Notes under the pieces: model-generated | What the model was told of the DNA's origin: nothing | What the model saw: the letters and a program-made list of their open reading frames with translations, nothing else | Databases searched by the model: none | Shown here: positions 27,027-40,169 of the stretch, piece by piece | How positions within the stretch are numbered: position 1 is the stretch's first letter | Layout: every line of letters starts with the position of its first letter | Translations under genes and position numbers: made by a program | Assembly: GCA_020833645.1 (NCBI GenBank) | Contig: JAJHRQ010000002.1 | Location: 18,280-82,279, forward strand | Direction of reading: 5' to 3' | DNA from: Thermocrinis sp. | Lineage (GTDB): Bacteria; Aquificota; Aquificia; Aquificales; Aquificaceae | DNA length: 64,000 nucleotides

Positions 27027-27801
27027 CTACAGGGGATTTTTTAGAACAGCTTCAGTATATTCTGCGAGGAGTAGTGTAAGTGTTATATTTATAAAATCAT
27101 ACGTCGGGTGAGAAATTACCCCCATATTTGAGACTTCCTGAAAAAGCTGTAGCCTATAGCATAGCCATAAAGGTAAGCAAGTAAGGTAATCCCTTTCCTC
27201 CACCTGCCTTATACCCTTTTGTTCCTTGCTCTCGCAAACCTCTACATACTCACAACCCCTGTATCCCCTATCTCCCATAAGCCCAAAACTATCCACTAAA
27301 AACCTAAGCCACTTACTCTATGATAGCTCGCAGGATGAAACCACAGGTCATATACAACCCCTTCGCTATCGCAAACTACCATAACCAAAACGCCATAGTA
27401 CATCTCCTCAAATCTTACCTTCCCTTTGTAATGCTCACTATAAAGGTTTCTCTTTTTCTTGCCCCAAAAGGCTTTACCAGAAAACCGCTTTATCCTTAAG
27501 AACAGTTCCATCTACTATAAGCTTTACCTTTTTTCCAAGCAACAGCTTAACAAACAGAATGCTAAGAATTCTTCTGTTTCTGTATTCTTTCAAAAGCCTA
27601 TACACTTTTGGGGTCAATCAAGGATTTAGCCAGTGTGAAGACGGGAGTGTTTGTGATATAGGATAGGATAAACGAGGCACAGAGTTGGAGGTCAGAGACT
27701 TTTGGAGGTCTGCCTGCCTTTTTCTTTTCCTGATCAACTCCAAGGTAGAAAGTTAGGGACTTTAAGACCGTTTGGTATAAACTATAGATGTGATTTTTCA
27801 T
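27027..27801 (-). pseudogene. IS982/IS5-like DDE transposase remnant in three frame-broken pieces.
   Basis: N-terminal KKAGRPPKVSDLQLCASFILSYI (GRPPKLSD motif), middle YYGVLVMVVCDSEGVVYDLWFHPASYH, and LMGDRGYRG (third catalytic-residue region). All three are in different frames. Confidence 0.5.
27066..27100. repeat. ~35-bp direct repeat, copy 1 of 2. The partner at 27896..27940 contains the ctpA start codon.
   Basis: cgagga-gtagtgtaagtgttatatttataaaatcat here versus cgaggtgtagtgtaagtgttatatttatatttataaaatcATG at 27896..27941. The two copies bracket the IS982-like remnant. Confidence 0.7.
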
Positions 27802-27938
27802 GTTAGTACCTCCTTGGTGGGGTTTGGGGGTATTATAAGCCCCCTCCTTGCCAAGACTTTTTTCCTAAGAGATTTACAGCTTCTTTGAATTTCTCACCCG
27901 AGGTGTAGTGTAAGTGTTATATTTATATTTATAAAATC

Positions 27939-31563
<3,625 letters not shown>

Positions 31564-31564
31564 A

Positions 31565-32437
31565 ATGAAGGGCATCCTTGATCTTATACCTTTTATAATT
31601 TTTATAGGCATTGTCCTCCTTTCCATCTTTGGGGGAGAGGCTTTAAAAATTTTGGGAGGTTTAGTCATGGATTTTTCACCCCTCATAGTAATAGCCATAT
31701 TTGTAGTTATCTTTTTGGCTGCTTCCCTAAGGATAGTACCAGAGTACGAGAGGGCTGTTATATTCCGTTTGGGAAGGGTCATAGGTGCCAAGGGACCGGG
31801 TCTCTTTATACTGATTCCCATAATAGACAAAATGGTAAGGGTGGACCTCCGGACTGTCACTTTGGATGTGCCCACCCAGGATATCATCACAAAGGACAAC
31901 GTGTCTGTTAGCGTGGATGCGGTGGTTTATTTTAGGGTAGTGGACCCGGTAAGGGCAATCGTGGAGGTGAAAGATTATTTTTATGCCACCTCCCAGATAG
32001 CCCAAACTACCCTCAGGAGCGTCTGCGGTGCGGTTGAGCTGGATGAACTTCTCTCGGAGAGGGAAAAGCTAAACTTACAGCTTCAAGAGATCATAGACAG
32101 GCAAACGGACCCTTGGGGTGTAAAGGTTGTAGCGGTGGAGCTCAAAAGGATTGACCTTCCGGAGGAGCTAAGGCGTGCTATGGCAAGGCAGGCAGAGGCG
32201 GAAAGGGAAAGGAGGGCAAAGATCATAACCGCAGAGGCAGAATACCAAGCGGCGCAGAAATTGGCAGACGCAGCCCAGATCCTTGCATCTCAGCCCTTAG
32301 CCCTCCAGCTAAGATACTTAGAAACCATACAGAACGTGGTCTCAAAGCCAGGAAACACGGTTCTTATACCGTTGCCCATAGAGATGCTCTCCTATTTTGC
32401 TAAGGATGGTTCAAAGGTACAGGGTCAAGGTCAATAG
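31565..32437 (+). CDS. SPFH/band-7 (stomatin/slipin-like) membrane protein.
   Basis: N-terminal TM; SPFH core [16 protein letters not shown]; C-terminal coiled-coil rich in A/E/R. Confidence 0.8.
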   Translation: MKGILDLIPFIIFIGIVLLSIFGGEALKILGGLVMDFSPLIVIAIFVVIFLAASLRIVPEYERAVIFRLGRVIGAKGPGLFILIPIIDKMVRVDLRTVTLDVPTQDIITKDNVSVSVDAVVYFRVVDPVRAIVEVKDYFYATSQIAQTTLRSVCGAVELDELLSEREKLNLQLQEIIDRQTDPWGVKVVAVELKRIDLPEELRRAMARQAEAERERRAKIITAEAEYQAAQKLADAAQILASQPLALQLRYLETIQNVVSKPGNTVLIPLPIEMLSYFAKDGSKVQGQGQ

Positions 32438-33290
32438 GGCGGGCGTCTTTTTCACGGGAGTGACCATATTCCTTGGCGTATCTGCGGTAAATACCTCCAA
32501 CAATCTACTCTATTTGGTGGTCTCCTTTTTGCTCTCCTTTATGCTACTCTCGGGTATGCTCTCCCTTTACAATCTGAAGGGTTTGAGCCTTGAGCTCATA
32601 CCACCCAAAGAGGTCTTTGCCCAAAGGCCTGAGAACTTTAAACTCATCATAAAAAATCAAAAGAAGTTTCCCTCCTTTAGCCTTCTGGTGGAGGCACAAG
32701 GCTCAAGGGCTTTCTTTCCCATTCTGAAAAAGGAGGAGGTGGGCTTTATAACCTTAAAGTTTCCAAGAAGGGGCTATTATGACAAAATATCCGTTAGGGT
32801 TTCCTCCTCCTTTCCCGTTGGGCTCTTTGAGAGGTTCTTCCACATGGATGTTCCCATAAACTTGGTGGTCTATCCTTATCCCATGGCTGTTTCAAAGAAT
32901 ATAAGGGTGGAGGGTTTGCAGAGGGGAGAATGGCTAAGCGTTGGAAGAAGGAGGGGCTACGAGCATCTTCATTCCGTCAGGGAGTATATGGGAGAGCCCG
33001 TAAAGCTTATCCACTGGAAGTTGTCCGCAAAGGTTGGAAAGTTCTACGTTAAGGACTTTTCGGCGGAGGAGAGCCCTCCGGTGGTTTTGAGCTTGGACAT
33101 GGTGGATGGCACATTAGAGGATAGGCTTTCAAAGTTAACCTATCTGGTTTTGGAGTATTCAAAAAAGGCTACGCCAGTGGGCTTAAGGCTGGATGGTGTT
33201 TACCTTGAGCCTGCCTTGGGTGAAGAGCACAAAAGAAGGATGCTCAGAGAGTTAGCCCTCTTCGGTGATAGCCCGAGGGTAAGAGCCTAA
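32397..33290 (+). CDS. DUF58-domain membrane protein.
   Basis: Two N-terminal TM helices, then [28 protein letters not shown] matching the DUF58 REY...D..R.I.WK..A core. Confidence 0.55.
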   Translation: MLRMVQRYRVKVNRAGVFFTGVTIFLGVSAVNTSNNLLYLVVSFLLSFMLLSGMLSLYNLKGLSLELIPPKEVFAQRPENFKLIIKNQKKFPSFSLLVEAQGSRAFFPILKKEEVGFITLKFPRRGYYDKISVRVSSSFPVGLFERFFHMDVPINLVVYPYPMAVSKNIRVEGLQRGEWLSVGRRRGYEHLHSVREYMGEPVKLIHWKLSAKVGKFYVKDFSAEESPPVVLSLDMVDGTLEDRLSKLTYLVLEYSKKATPVGLRLDGVYLEPALGEEHKRRMLRELALFGDSPRVRA

Positions 33291-34343
33291 TACCTTTACC
33301 ATCTGGGTTCTCTCTTTTAGCATCTCAAGGGCCAATCTCACATTCTCGTCCTCAATGTGTCCCTCCAGGTCTGCGAAAAAGACATAATCCCAAGCCTTTC
33401 TCTTTGATGGTCTTGATTCAATCTTTGTAAGATTTACTCCGTATTTGTAAAAACTCTCCAAGGCTTTATAAAGGGCTCCTACCTCATCCCTGACCGCAAA
33501 GAGAATGCTGGTTTTATCTTTGCCCGTTCTTTTCATATCCCTTTTGCCAAGCACCAAAAAGCGCGTGTAGTTGCTGAGGTTATCTTGGATGTTCTCCGCC
33601 AGTATGTTTAGATGATAGGTGTAGGAGGCAACCTCGCTGGCTATTGCAGCGCTTCCTTCCCTTTCCAAAACGATCTCGCAAGCCCTTGCAGTGCTGTCGG
33701 TCTCTATTAGCTTGGCATGAGGTAAGTTCTTTTCAAGCCAGTTTCTGCACTGGGCAAGTGCTTGCCTGTGGGAATAGACCTCCTTTATCTCCTCCAAGCT
33801 TCTACCCGTTGAAAGAAGGTGCAGTTTTATGGGTATTACCACCTCCCCCACGATCTTGACGCTAAATTCTAAGAACATGTCCAGAGTGTAATTGACTACT
33901 CCTTCTGTGGTGTTTTCCACCGGAACAACGCCGTAATCTACTCTTTCCGTTTCAACCTCCACAAAGACATCCCTTATGGTGGGAACGGGTATATAATAGG
34001 CAGAAAGTCCAAAGTGCTCCAAGCTCGCTTGATGGGTAAAGGTTGCCTTTGGTCCAAGGTATGCCACCCTTAGCTCTTTTTCCAAAGAGAGGCACGCGGA
34101 CATAATCTCCCTAAAGACATGCTTTACCGCTTCTGAAGGAAACTCTTCTCCATAGAGTTCCTTGTTCAGTTTCACCAGTCTATCTATAACCTCCCTCTCC
34201 CTTTCTGGCGAATGGATCTCCAAGTTGAGCTGTTTTTTTATTTCTCCAATGGACTTGGCGAGCTTAGCCCTTCTATTGAGTAGCTTTAAAATTTCCTCAT
34301 CTATAACATCAATTTCAGCCCTGAGCCTTTCTATCTCTTCCAT
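33252..34343 (-). CDS. pheA: Bifunctional chorismate mutase / prephenate dehydratase
   Basis: CM domain EEIERLRAEIDVIDEEILKLLNRRAKLA; PDT domain RVAYLGPKATFTHQA; C-terminal ACT domain. Start set at the internal Met to avoid overlapping lipA. Confidence 0.8.
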   Translation of the reverse strand: MEEIERLRAEIDVIDEEILKLLNRRAKLAKSIGEIKKQLNLEIHSPEREREVIDRLVKLNKELYGEEFPSEAVKHVFREIMSACLSLEKELRVAYLGPKATFTHQASLEHFGLSAYYIPVPTIRDVFVEVETERVDYGVVPVENTTEGVVNYTLDMFLEFSVKIVGEVVIPIKLHLLSTGRSLEEIKEVYSHRQALAQCRNWLEKNLPHAKLIETDSTARACEIVLEREGSAAIASEVASYTYHLNILAENIQDNLSNYTRFLVLGKRDMKRTGKDKTSILFAVRDEVGALYKALESFYKYGVNLTKIESRPSKRKAWDYVFFADLEGHIEDENVRLALEMLKERTQMVKVLGSYPRAITEEG

Positions 34344-34383
34344 AGGAAGGAAAGATACTTGGGCTTGCTCTTTAGGTCCTCCA

Positions 34384-35217
34384 TTAGGGATAATTATAAA
34401 ACACTCTCTCTGCCATGTAGGAGCTTCTAACATTAGGACCACTGAAGACATGGCTGAAGCCCAGGCTGAGGGCAATCTCTTTTAACCTTTCAAACTCCTC
34501 TTGGGTGTAAAGCTTAACCACGGGGTGATGCCTTTTGGAAGGTTGGTAATACTGCCCAATGGTTAGTACATCACACCCCACCCTTCTTAGATCTTTCATA
34601 ACTTCCACGATCTCTTCCTCCCTTTCTCCAAAGCCCAGTATGAGGGCAGACTTAGTTATGATGTTTGGGTTGAATTCCTTCGCCCTTTTTAAAAGTTCTA
34701 AGCTTCTTTGATAATCCGCACCCTTTCTGACCCTACGATATAGCCTTGGTACCGTTTCCACGTTGTGGGCCAACACATCGGGCTCTGCCAAGAGGACAGT
34801 TTTTAGGGCTTGGTGAGAGCCACCAAAATCGGGCACAAGGACCTCTACCTTGATGTTTTGGACGTTTTCCTTTAAGACCCTTATGCATTTGGCAAACTGT
34901 CCCGCTCCACCGTCTTCCAGGTCATCCCTGGTGGGAGAGGTGATCACCACATACCTGAGGTTTAAAGTCTTAACCGCCTCCAAAAGGCGGTATGGCTCCT
35001 CTGGGTCCAAGGGCTCCGGATTTCCCCTCTTTAAGTTGCAAAAACTGCAAGCCCTTGTGCATTGATTTCCAAGGATCATAAAGGTGGCGGTGCCGGAGCC
35101 GAAGCATTGAGAAATGTTGGGACATCGGGATTCTTCGCAGACGGTATGTAGGCTTGCCTTTCTTAAAAGCGCCTTCAGTTGGTGGGTTTTGCTCAAAACC
35201 AAGAGGGGCTTAGCCAT
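34384..35217 (-). CDS. lipA: Lipoyl synthase
   Basis: Two cysteine clusters CEESRCPNISQC and CTRACSFC (radical SAM). Confidence 0.85.
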   Translation of the reverse strand: MAKPLLVLSKTHQLKALLRKASLHTVCEESRCPNISQCFGSGTATFMILGNQCTRACSFCNLKRGNPEPLDPEEPYRLLEAVKTLNLRYVVITSPTRDDLEDGGAGQFAKCIRVLKENVQNIKVEVLVPDFGGSHQALKTVLLAEPDVLAHNVETVPRLYRRVRKGADYQRSLELLKRAKEFNPNIITKSALILGFGEREEEIVEVMKDLRRVGCDVLTIGQYYQPSKRHHPVVKLYTQEEFERLKEIALSLGFSHVFSGPNVRSSYMAERVFYNYP

Positions 35218-35246
35218 TGGGACAATATTATCACGGGTTATAATTA

Positions 35247-36320
35247 TTGTGTAGCCTGCTCATGGATTATTGGAAAGGTATCATACACCATTACAGAGAA
35301 TACCTGCCGGTGAATGAAAATACTCCCATCATCACCCTCTATGAGGGAAACACTCCTCTGGTGCACGCCCAAAACTTGGCAAGGGAGATTGGCTTTAAGG
35401 GTGAGATATTTTTAAAGTACGAGGGGCTGAATCCTACGGGTTCCTTTAAGGACAGGGGCATGACCTTGGCTATTTCCAAGGCGGTGGAGGCTGGAAAGAA
35501 GGCAGTTATATGCGCATCTACGGGGAACACCTCCGCTTCTGCCGCTGCGTACGCTGCAAAGGCTGGTCTTAAGGCTTATGTGCTTTTGCCGAAGGGTGCG
35601 GTAGCATTGGGAAAGCTCTCCCAGGCGGTGATCTATGGGGCACAGGTGATTGCTATTCAGGGGACCTTTGACGACGCTTTGGAGATTGTCCGGAAGCTTG
35701 GGGAGATTTTGCCGGTGGAGGTGGTAAATTCTGTAAATCCCTACCGTATTGAAGGGCAAAAGACGGGAGCCTTTGAGGTCTGCGATGCCCTCGGCTTTGC
35801 ACCCGATTATCACTTTATACCTGTTGGCAACGCGGGCAACATCACCGCCTACTGGAAGGGCTACAAGGAGTATTACCAAAGGGGAAAGATTGAAAAACTG
35901 CCCAAGATGATGGGATGGCAAGCGGAGGGTGCTGCGCCCATAGTGAAGGGCTATCCAATAAAAAACCCACAAACCATAGCCACCGCCATAAAGATCGGAA
36001 ATCCCTACAGTTGGCAATCCGCCCTGCAGGCTGCAAGGGAATCGGGAGGGCTCATTGATGCGGTTAGCGACGACGAAATACTCTACGCCTACAAGTTGGT
36101 GGCTTCAAAGGAGGGAATCTTCTGCGAACCTGCTTCTGCCGCATCGGTGGCAGGGTTGATAAAGCTCTGCAGGGAAGGGTTCTTTAAAGGTGGTGAGGTG
36201 GTGGTATGCACCCTGACGGGCAATGGACTAAAGGACCCAGACACCGCCATGAAGGTATGCCAACAGCCCATAAGTATGCCACCGGTTTTAGAGGAGGTGT
36301 TAAAGCTCATAGAACTCTAA
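35247..36320 (+). CDS. thrC: Threonine synthase
   Basis: PLP lysine motif GLNPTGSFKDRGM; 357 aa. Confidence 0.8.
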   Translation: MCSLLMDYWKGIIHHYREYLPVNENTPIITLYEGNTPLVHAQNLAREIGFKGEIFLKYEGLNPTGSFKDRGMTLAISKAVEAGKKAVICASTGNTSASAAAYAAKAGLKAYVLLPKGAVALGKLSQAVIYGAQVIAIQGTFDDALEIVRKLGEILPVEVVNSVNPYRIEGQKTGAFEVCDALGFAPDYHFIPVGNAGNITAYWKGYKEYYQRGKIEKLPKMMGWQAEGAAPIVKGYPIKNPQTIATAIKIGNPYSWQSALQAARESGGLIDAVSDDEILYAYKLVASKEGIFCEPASAASVAGLIKLCREGFFKGGEVVVCTLTGNGLKDPDTAMKVCQQPISMPPVLEEVLKLIEL

Positions 36321-36353
36321 TATACCGACTGGTCGGTCAGTTATAATAACCCT

Positions 36354-39300
36354 ATGTATAAATTTTTCATAGCCAGACCCGTCACCTCCTGGATGTTTAT
36401 GCTCTCTTTTATCCTCTTGGGTCTGTATTCATTGCGGAACATTCCCATAGACAGACTACCCGATGTGGATTTTCCTACTGTTTCAATAGTAACCACCTAC
36501 CCAGGGGCAGACCCAAGCGTGGTGGATGTGAACGTAACAAGGGTAATAGAGGACCAAATATCCACCATAAGCGGTATAGAAGCCATAACTTCTCAGAGTT
36601 TTTCCGGTATATCTCGGATAACTATCTCCTTTTCCCTTGAGAAGGACATAGACGTGGCAGCACAAGAAGTTAGGGATGCGGTTCAAAGGGCTATGATAAA
36701 TCTCCCGAAGGGTGTGGACCCGCCCGTGGTCAGAAAGGTGGATACATCCTTAGCACCAATATTGGCTATTCTGCTTCATTCAAAAACTGCAGACTATCAG
36801 ACCTTAGCCTACTGGGCGGACAAGGTCATAAAAAGGGATTTTGAACGGATAGATGGCGTAGGACAGGTAGATTTGGGAGGCTTTAGGGACAATGTAATGT
36901 GGGTTAGGATAGACCCACAGAAACTATACTCAAGGAATCTCTCCATCCAGGAGGTCCTAGAAGCCATCGCCAAAAACCATCTGGACGCGCCCGCGGGCGC
37001 CATCTACGGCAAAGAAAGGGAATACATAATAAGGTTTTACGGCAAGGCAAAGGATGCAAAGGAGCTGGAAGAAGTCGCCATCACTCCAAACTTGAAGCTC
37101 AGGGATGTGGGCTATGCGGAGTTTGGAGAGGATGAAAAGAGGGGAATGGCAAGGTTCATGGGAGAGCAGGCGGTCGCCCTTATCATATACAAGCAGTCAA
37201 AAACCAACACGGTGGCGACCGCAGAAAAGGTCAAGCAAAGAATGGAGTATTGGAACAGGCAACTTCCCCCCGGCATGCGTATGGACATCACCTTTGATTC
37301 AAGCGTCTTCGTCAAGGACAGCGTCAGAGCGGCCATAGAGGAGATCATCATAGGAAGCCTTTTAACTGCAGTGGTCGTCTATTTCTTCCTCGGAAGCCTA
37401 AGGCTAACCCTTGTGCCCATATTTGCCATACCAGTAACCCTTCTGGGAACTGTCTTTTTCCTGTACCAAACGGGACAATCTTTGAACACCTTTACGTTGC
37501 TTGCCCTTGCGGTGGCTGTGGGTATAGTCATAGACGACGCCATAGTGGTGTTAGAGAGCATATACAGAAGGAGGAAGGAAGAAGGGCTATCTCCCATGGA
37601 GTCCGCAATAAAAGGGACCCGTGTGGTGGTGTTTGCCCTACTTGCATCCACCGCCTCTTTGGTGATCGTGTTCATTCCCATAGTGTTTCTGAAGGGTGTG
37701 GTGGGCAAACTCTTTGGGAGCTTTGCTTTAACCTTGATCGTAGCTATAGCCCTCTCTTATTTGGTGGCCATAAGCTTTACGCCTATGGCTGTTGCCCGTC
37801 TGGTGGACAAGGTAGGGGAGGAAAACCCATTTACGAGGGCTTACGCCCGCTTTGAGGCTTTCTTTGACAAGCTTTTAGGGTGGTCCTTGGAGCACAAGCT
37901 GGTGGTGGTGGGTCTCTCTCTCGTAAGCGTCCTGATTGGTTTTCAGTTTTTGAGGATTGTAAAAAAGGAATTCTTCCCTCTGGTGGATGAGGGGAGGTTT
38001 TTGGTAAGGTTTGAAACGCCCGTGGGTTCCTCCTTTGAATATACGGAGCAAAAAACCAAGGAAGTAGAAGAAGTCATCAGGAAAAATCCTTATGTGGATC
38101 GTTTTGGCTTGGCTATGGGACAAGGTGTGGCTGGCAGGCCCACCGTCAATGGTGGTTTAGCCTTTGTCTATCTGGTGGATAGGAGTAAAAGACCCCACCA
38201 GAGGGAAGTGATGGAGATGATGAGGAGGGAGTTGGCAAAGATAAAGGACATCAGGGTAAGCGTGGAGTCTGCGGGCATTGTGGGTCCGGCGGGCGGTAGG
38301 CAGGTGGACCTGCAGTATGTAATAAAGGGTCCGGACATAGAAGAACTCCAGAGGATTTCTGAGAGATTAGTAGCAGAGTTCAGAGGAAAGCCAGGCTACA
38401 GGGACGTAGACACGGACCTGAGGCTAAACGAACCCCAACTGCATGTAAAAGTAAACAGGGAAAAACTGGCAGACCTTGGGCTGAGCGTGGAGCAGGTTTC
38501 CAACACCCTTAACGTCCTCTTTGGTAAATTCCAGCTTGGCACCTACGAGCTGGGTTCCGAGAGCTACAACCTTTATGTAAAGGCAGTTCCCGAGTTTGTG
38601 CAAAACCTAGAAAACCTAAAAAAGGTCTATTTGAAGAACTTCAGAGGTGAGCTGGTGCCCTTAACGGAGGTGGTGGAGATTCAAGAAACCACCGGCTATC
38701 AAGTGCTAAACAGGTACAACAGGCAGTATTCTTTTTCCTTCTTTGCCAACCTCTCTGGCGAAAAGTCTTTGGCGGATGCGGTGGCGGAGCTTGAAGGATG
38801 GCTCAGGGCTAACCTTCCCCCAGGCTATACCTTTGAGGCAACAGGTCAGGCAAAGGAGTTTGCCCGTTCCTTCCAAGGGCTAGGCTTTGCCCTCATCTTT
38901 GCTCTGGTGGGCGTTTATATGGTTTTGGCGTCCCTCTTTGAGAGCTACAGGCATCCCTTTACGGTGCTTGTGATGGTGCCCTTGGCGGTTATGGGCGCCT
39001 TTGGTCTTTTGATACTTACCAACACCTCTCTGAGCGTTCCCTCCTACTTTGGCGTGATACTGTTGGTTGGGATCATAGTCAGGGACGCGGTGCTGTTCAT
39101 TGAGAGAATAATCCAGCTTAGGAAGGAGGGACTCCAAACAAGGGAAGCCATCCTTCAGGCAAGAAGGGAAAGGCTAAGACCTATTTTGATGACCACCATA
39201 ACCATAGTTTCTGCACTGTTGCCCGTAGCCCTGGGGCTTACCGCCGGTGCAGAGTTAAGAAAGCCCTTAGCTTTGGTGGTTATAGGTGGCATCTTTACCG

Positions 39301-39383
39301 GTCTTCCACTTAGCTTGTTCCTACTGCCCGTTCTTTACGAGACCTTTGACAGAATCAAGCTAAGAAAGAAAGAAAGCCTTTAG
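36354..39383 (+). CDS. RND-family efflux transporter permease (AcrB/CzcA-like). No adjacent membrane-fusion or outer-membrane partner.
   Basis: 1009 aa; 12-TM RND layout with two large periplasmic loops; typical N-terminus MYKFFIARPV. Confidence 0.8.
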   Translation: MYKFFIARPVTSWMFMLSFILLGLYSLRNIPIDRLPDVDFPTVSIVTTYPGADPSVVDVNVTRVIEDQISTISGIEAITSQSFSGISRITISFSLEKDIDVAAQEVRDAVQRAMINLPKGVDPPVVRKVDTSLAPILAILLHSKTADYQTLAYWADKVIKRDFERIDGVGQVDLGGFRDNVMWVRIDPQKLYSRNLSIQEVLEAIAKNHLDAPAGAIYGKEREYIIRFYGKAKDAKELEEVAITPNLKLRDVGYAEFGEDEKRGMARFMGEQAVALIIYKQSKTNTVATAEKVKQRMEYWNRQLPPGMRMDITFDSSVFVKDSVRAAIEEIIIGSLLTAVVVYFFLGSLRLTLVPIFAIPVTLLGTVFFLYQTGQSLNTFTLLALAVAVGIVIDDAIVVLESIYRRRKEEGLSPMESAIKGTRVVVFALLASTASLVIVFIPIVFLKGVVGKLFGSFALTLIVAIALSYLVAISFTPMAVARLVDKVGEENPFTRAYARFEAFFDKLLGWSLEHKLVVVGLSLVSVLIGFQFLRIVKKEFFPLVDEGRFLVRFETPVGSSFEYTEQKTKEVEEVIRKNPYVDRFGLAMGQGVAGRPTVNGGLAFVYLVDRSKRPHQREVMEMMRRELAKIKDIRVSVESAGIVGPAGGRQVDLQYVIKGPDIEELQRISERLVAEFRGKPGYRDVDTDLRLNEPQLHVKVNREKLADLGLSVEQVSNTLNVLFGKFQLGTYELGSESYNLYVKAVPEFVQNLENLKKVYLKNFRGELVPLTEVVEIQETTGYQVLNRYNRQYSFSFFANLSGEKSLADAVAELEGWLRANLPPGYTFEATGQAKEFARSFQGLGFALIFALVGVYMVLASLFESYRHPFTVLVMVPLAVMGAFGLLILTNTSLSVPSYFGVILLVGIIVRDAVLFIERIIQLRKEGLQTREAILQARRERLRPILMTTITIVSALLPVALGLTAGAELRKPLALVVIGGIFTGLPLSLFLLPVLYETFDRIKLRKKESL

Positions 39384-40118
39384 ATACCTTTCCTTATCCT
39401 TCATTTTCCTTGCGAGCTCCATTACCTCTTTGCTCGCCCCCTTTGGTAGATTGTGTTTTTCCAGCCATCTTAAAAACTCAGCCCTTGCCTTCATGCTGGC
39501 ACAGGCAACCTCCACCTTTTCCTCCGCTCTGTGTTCAAAGGATACCAAACTGCCAAAGGGGTTTCGGTGGGAATAGGCATCCACCGTGATCTTGGCTGAA
39601 GGCTCCTTGGAGAGTATTTCTTTTATCAGCTCCCTGTATGCCCAATCTAAAATCCTGTTTAGGTTTTTTCCCTCCCTGTGGAGGAGGTTTAGCTCCAGAG
39701 GTTCCAAAATCTTGCAGTAAAACTCCACAGACCTTTCTAACATGGGAAGTTTTTTGAAAAGCTCCCCGTCTTGGACCTTTTTTGAGTCCTTTGGTGCCAG
39801 CTCAAGGACTTTGCGAAAGTTTTCCGGTCTAATTAGGGCACAGCAGACCACCAAGGGACCAAAAACATCCCCTTTGCCCGCCTCGTCGCAACCCACCAGA
39901 ACATCCTCCGCTTGCACCAAAGCCAAAATCTCATCCTTCAAGCTTTCGGGATAATCCCCCTGAAGTAGCACACTGCCCGAAGGATAAAGGGTAACGTAGG
40001 CTTTGCCATCGGTAAAGCTGGCGTAGGCGTTTGGGACATCCCTTTTTTGAAAGCCCTTTTTGAGTAAAAGCTCCATCGCTTTTTGTAGATACTCCTTGGG
40101 AAGCTTTATAGAGGGCAT
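39360..40118 (-). CDS. rnhC: Ribonuclease HIII-type (RNase HII family with N-terminal extension).
   Basis: VGCDEAGKGDVFGPLVV matches the RNase HIII G.DE.GKGD.FGP catalytic signature; ~80-aa N-terminal domain. Confidence 0.6.
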   Translation of the reverse strand: MPSIKLPKEYLQKAMELLLKKGFQKRDVPNAYASFTDGKAYVTLYPSGSVLLQGDYPESLKDEILALVQAEDVLVGCDEAGKGDVFGPLVVCCALIRPENFRKVLELAPKDSKKVQDGELFKKLPMLERSVEFYCKILEPLELNLLHREGKNLNRILDWAYRELIKEILSKEPSAKITVDAYSHRNPFGSLVSFEHRAEEKVEVACASMKARAEFLRWLEKHNLPKGASKEVMELARKMKDKERYLKAFFLS

Positions 40119-40169
40119 TTAAGAATTATAGCTACTTTTCTACCCTCCTGTAGATTAAAATTTAGCACT

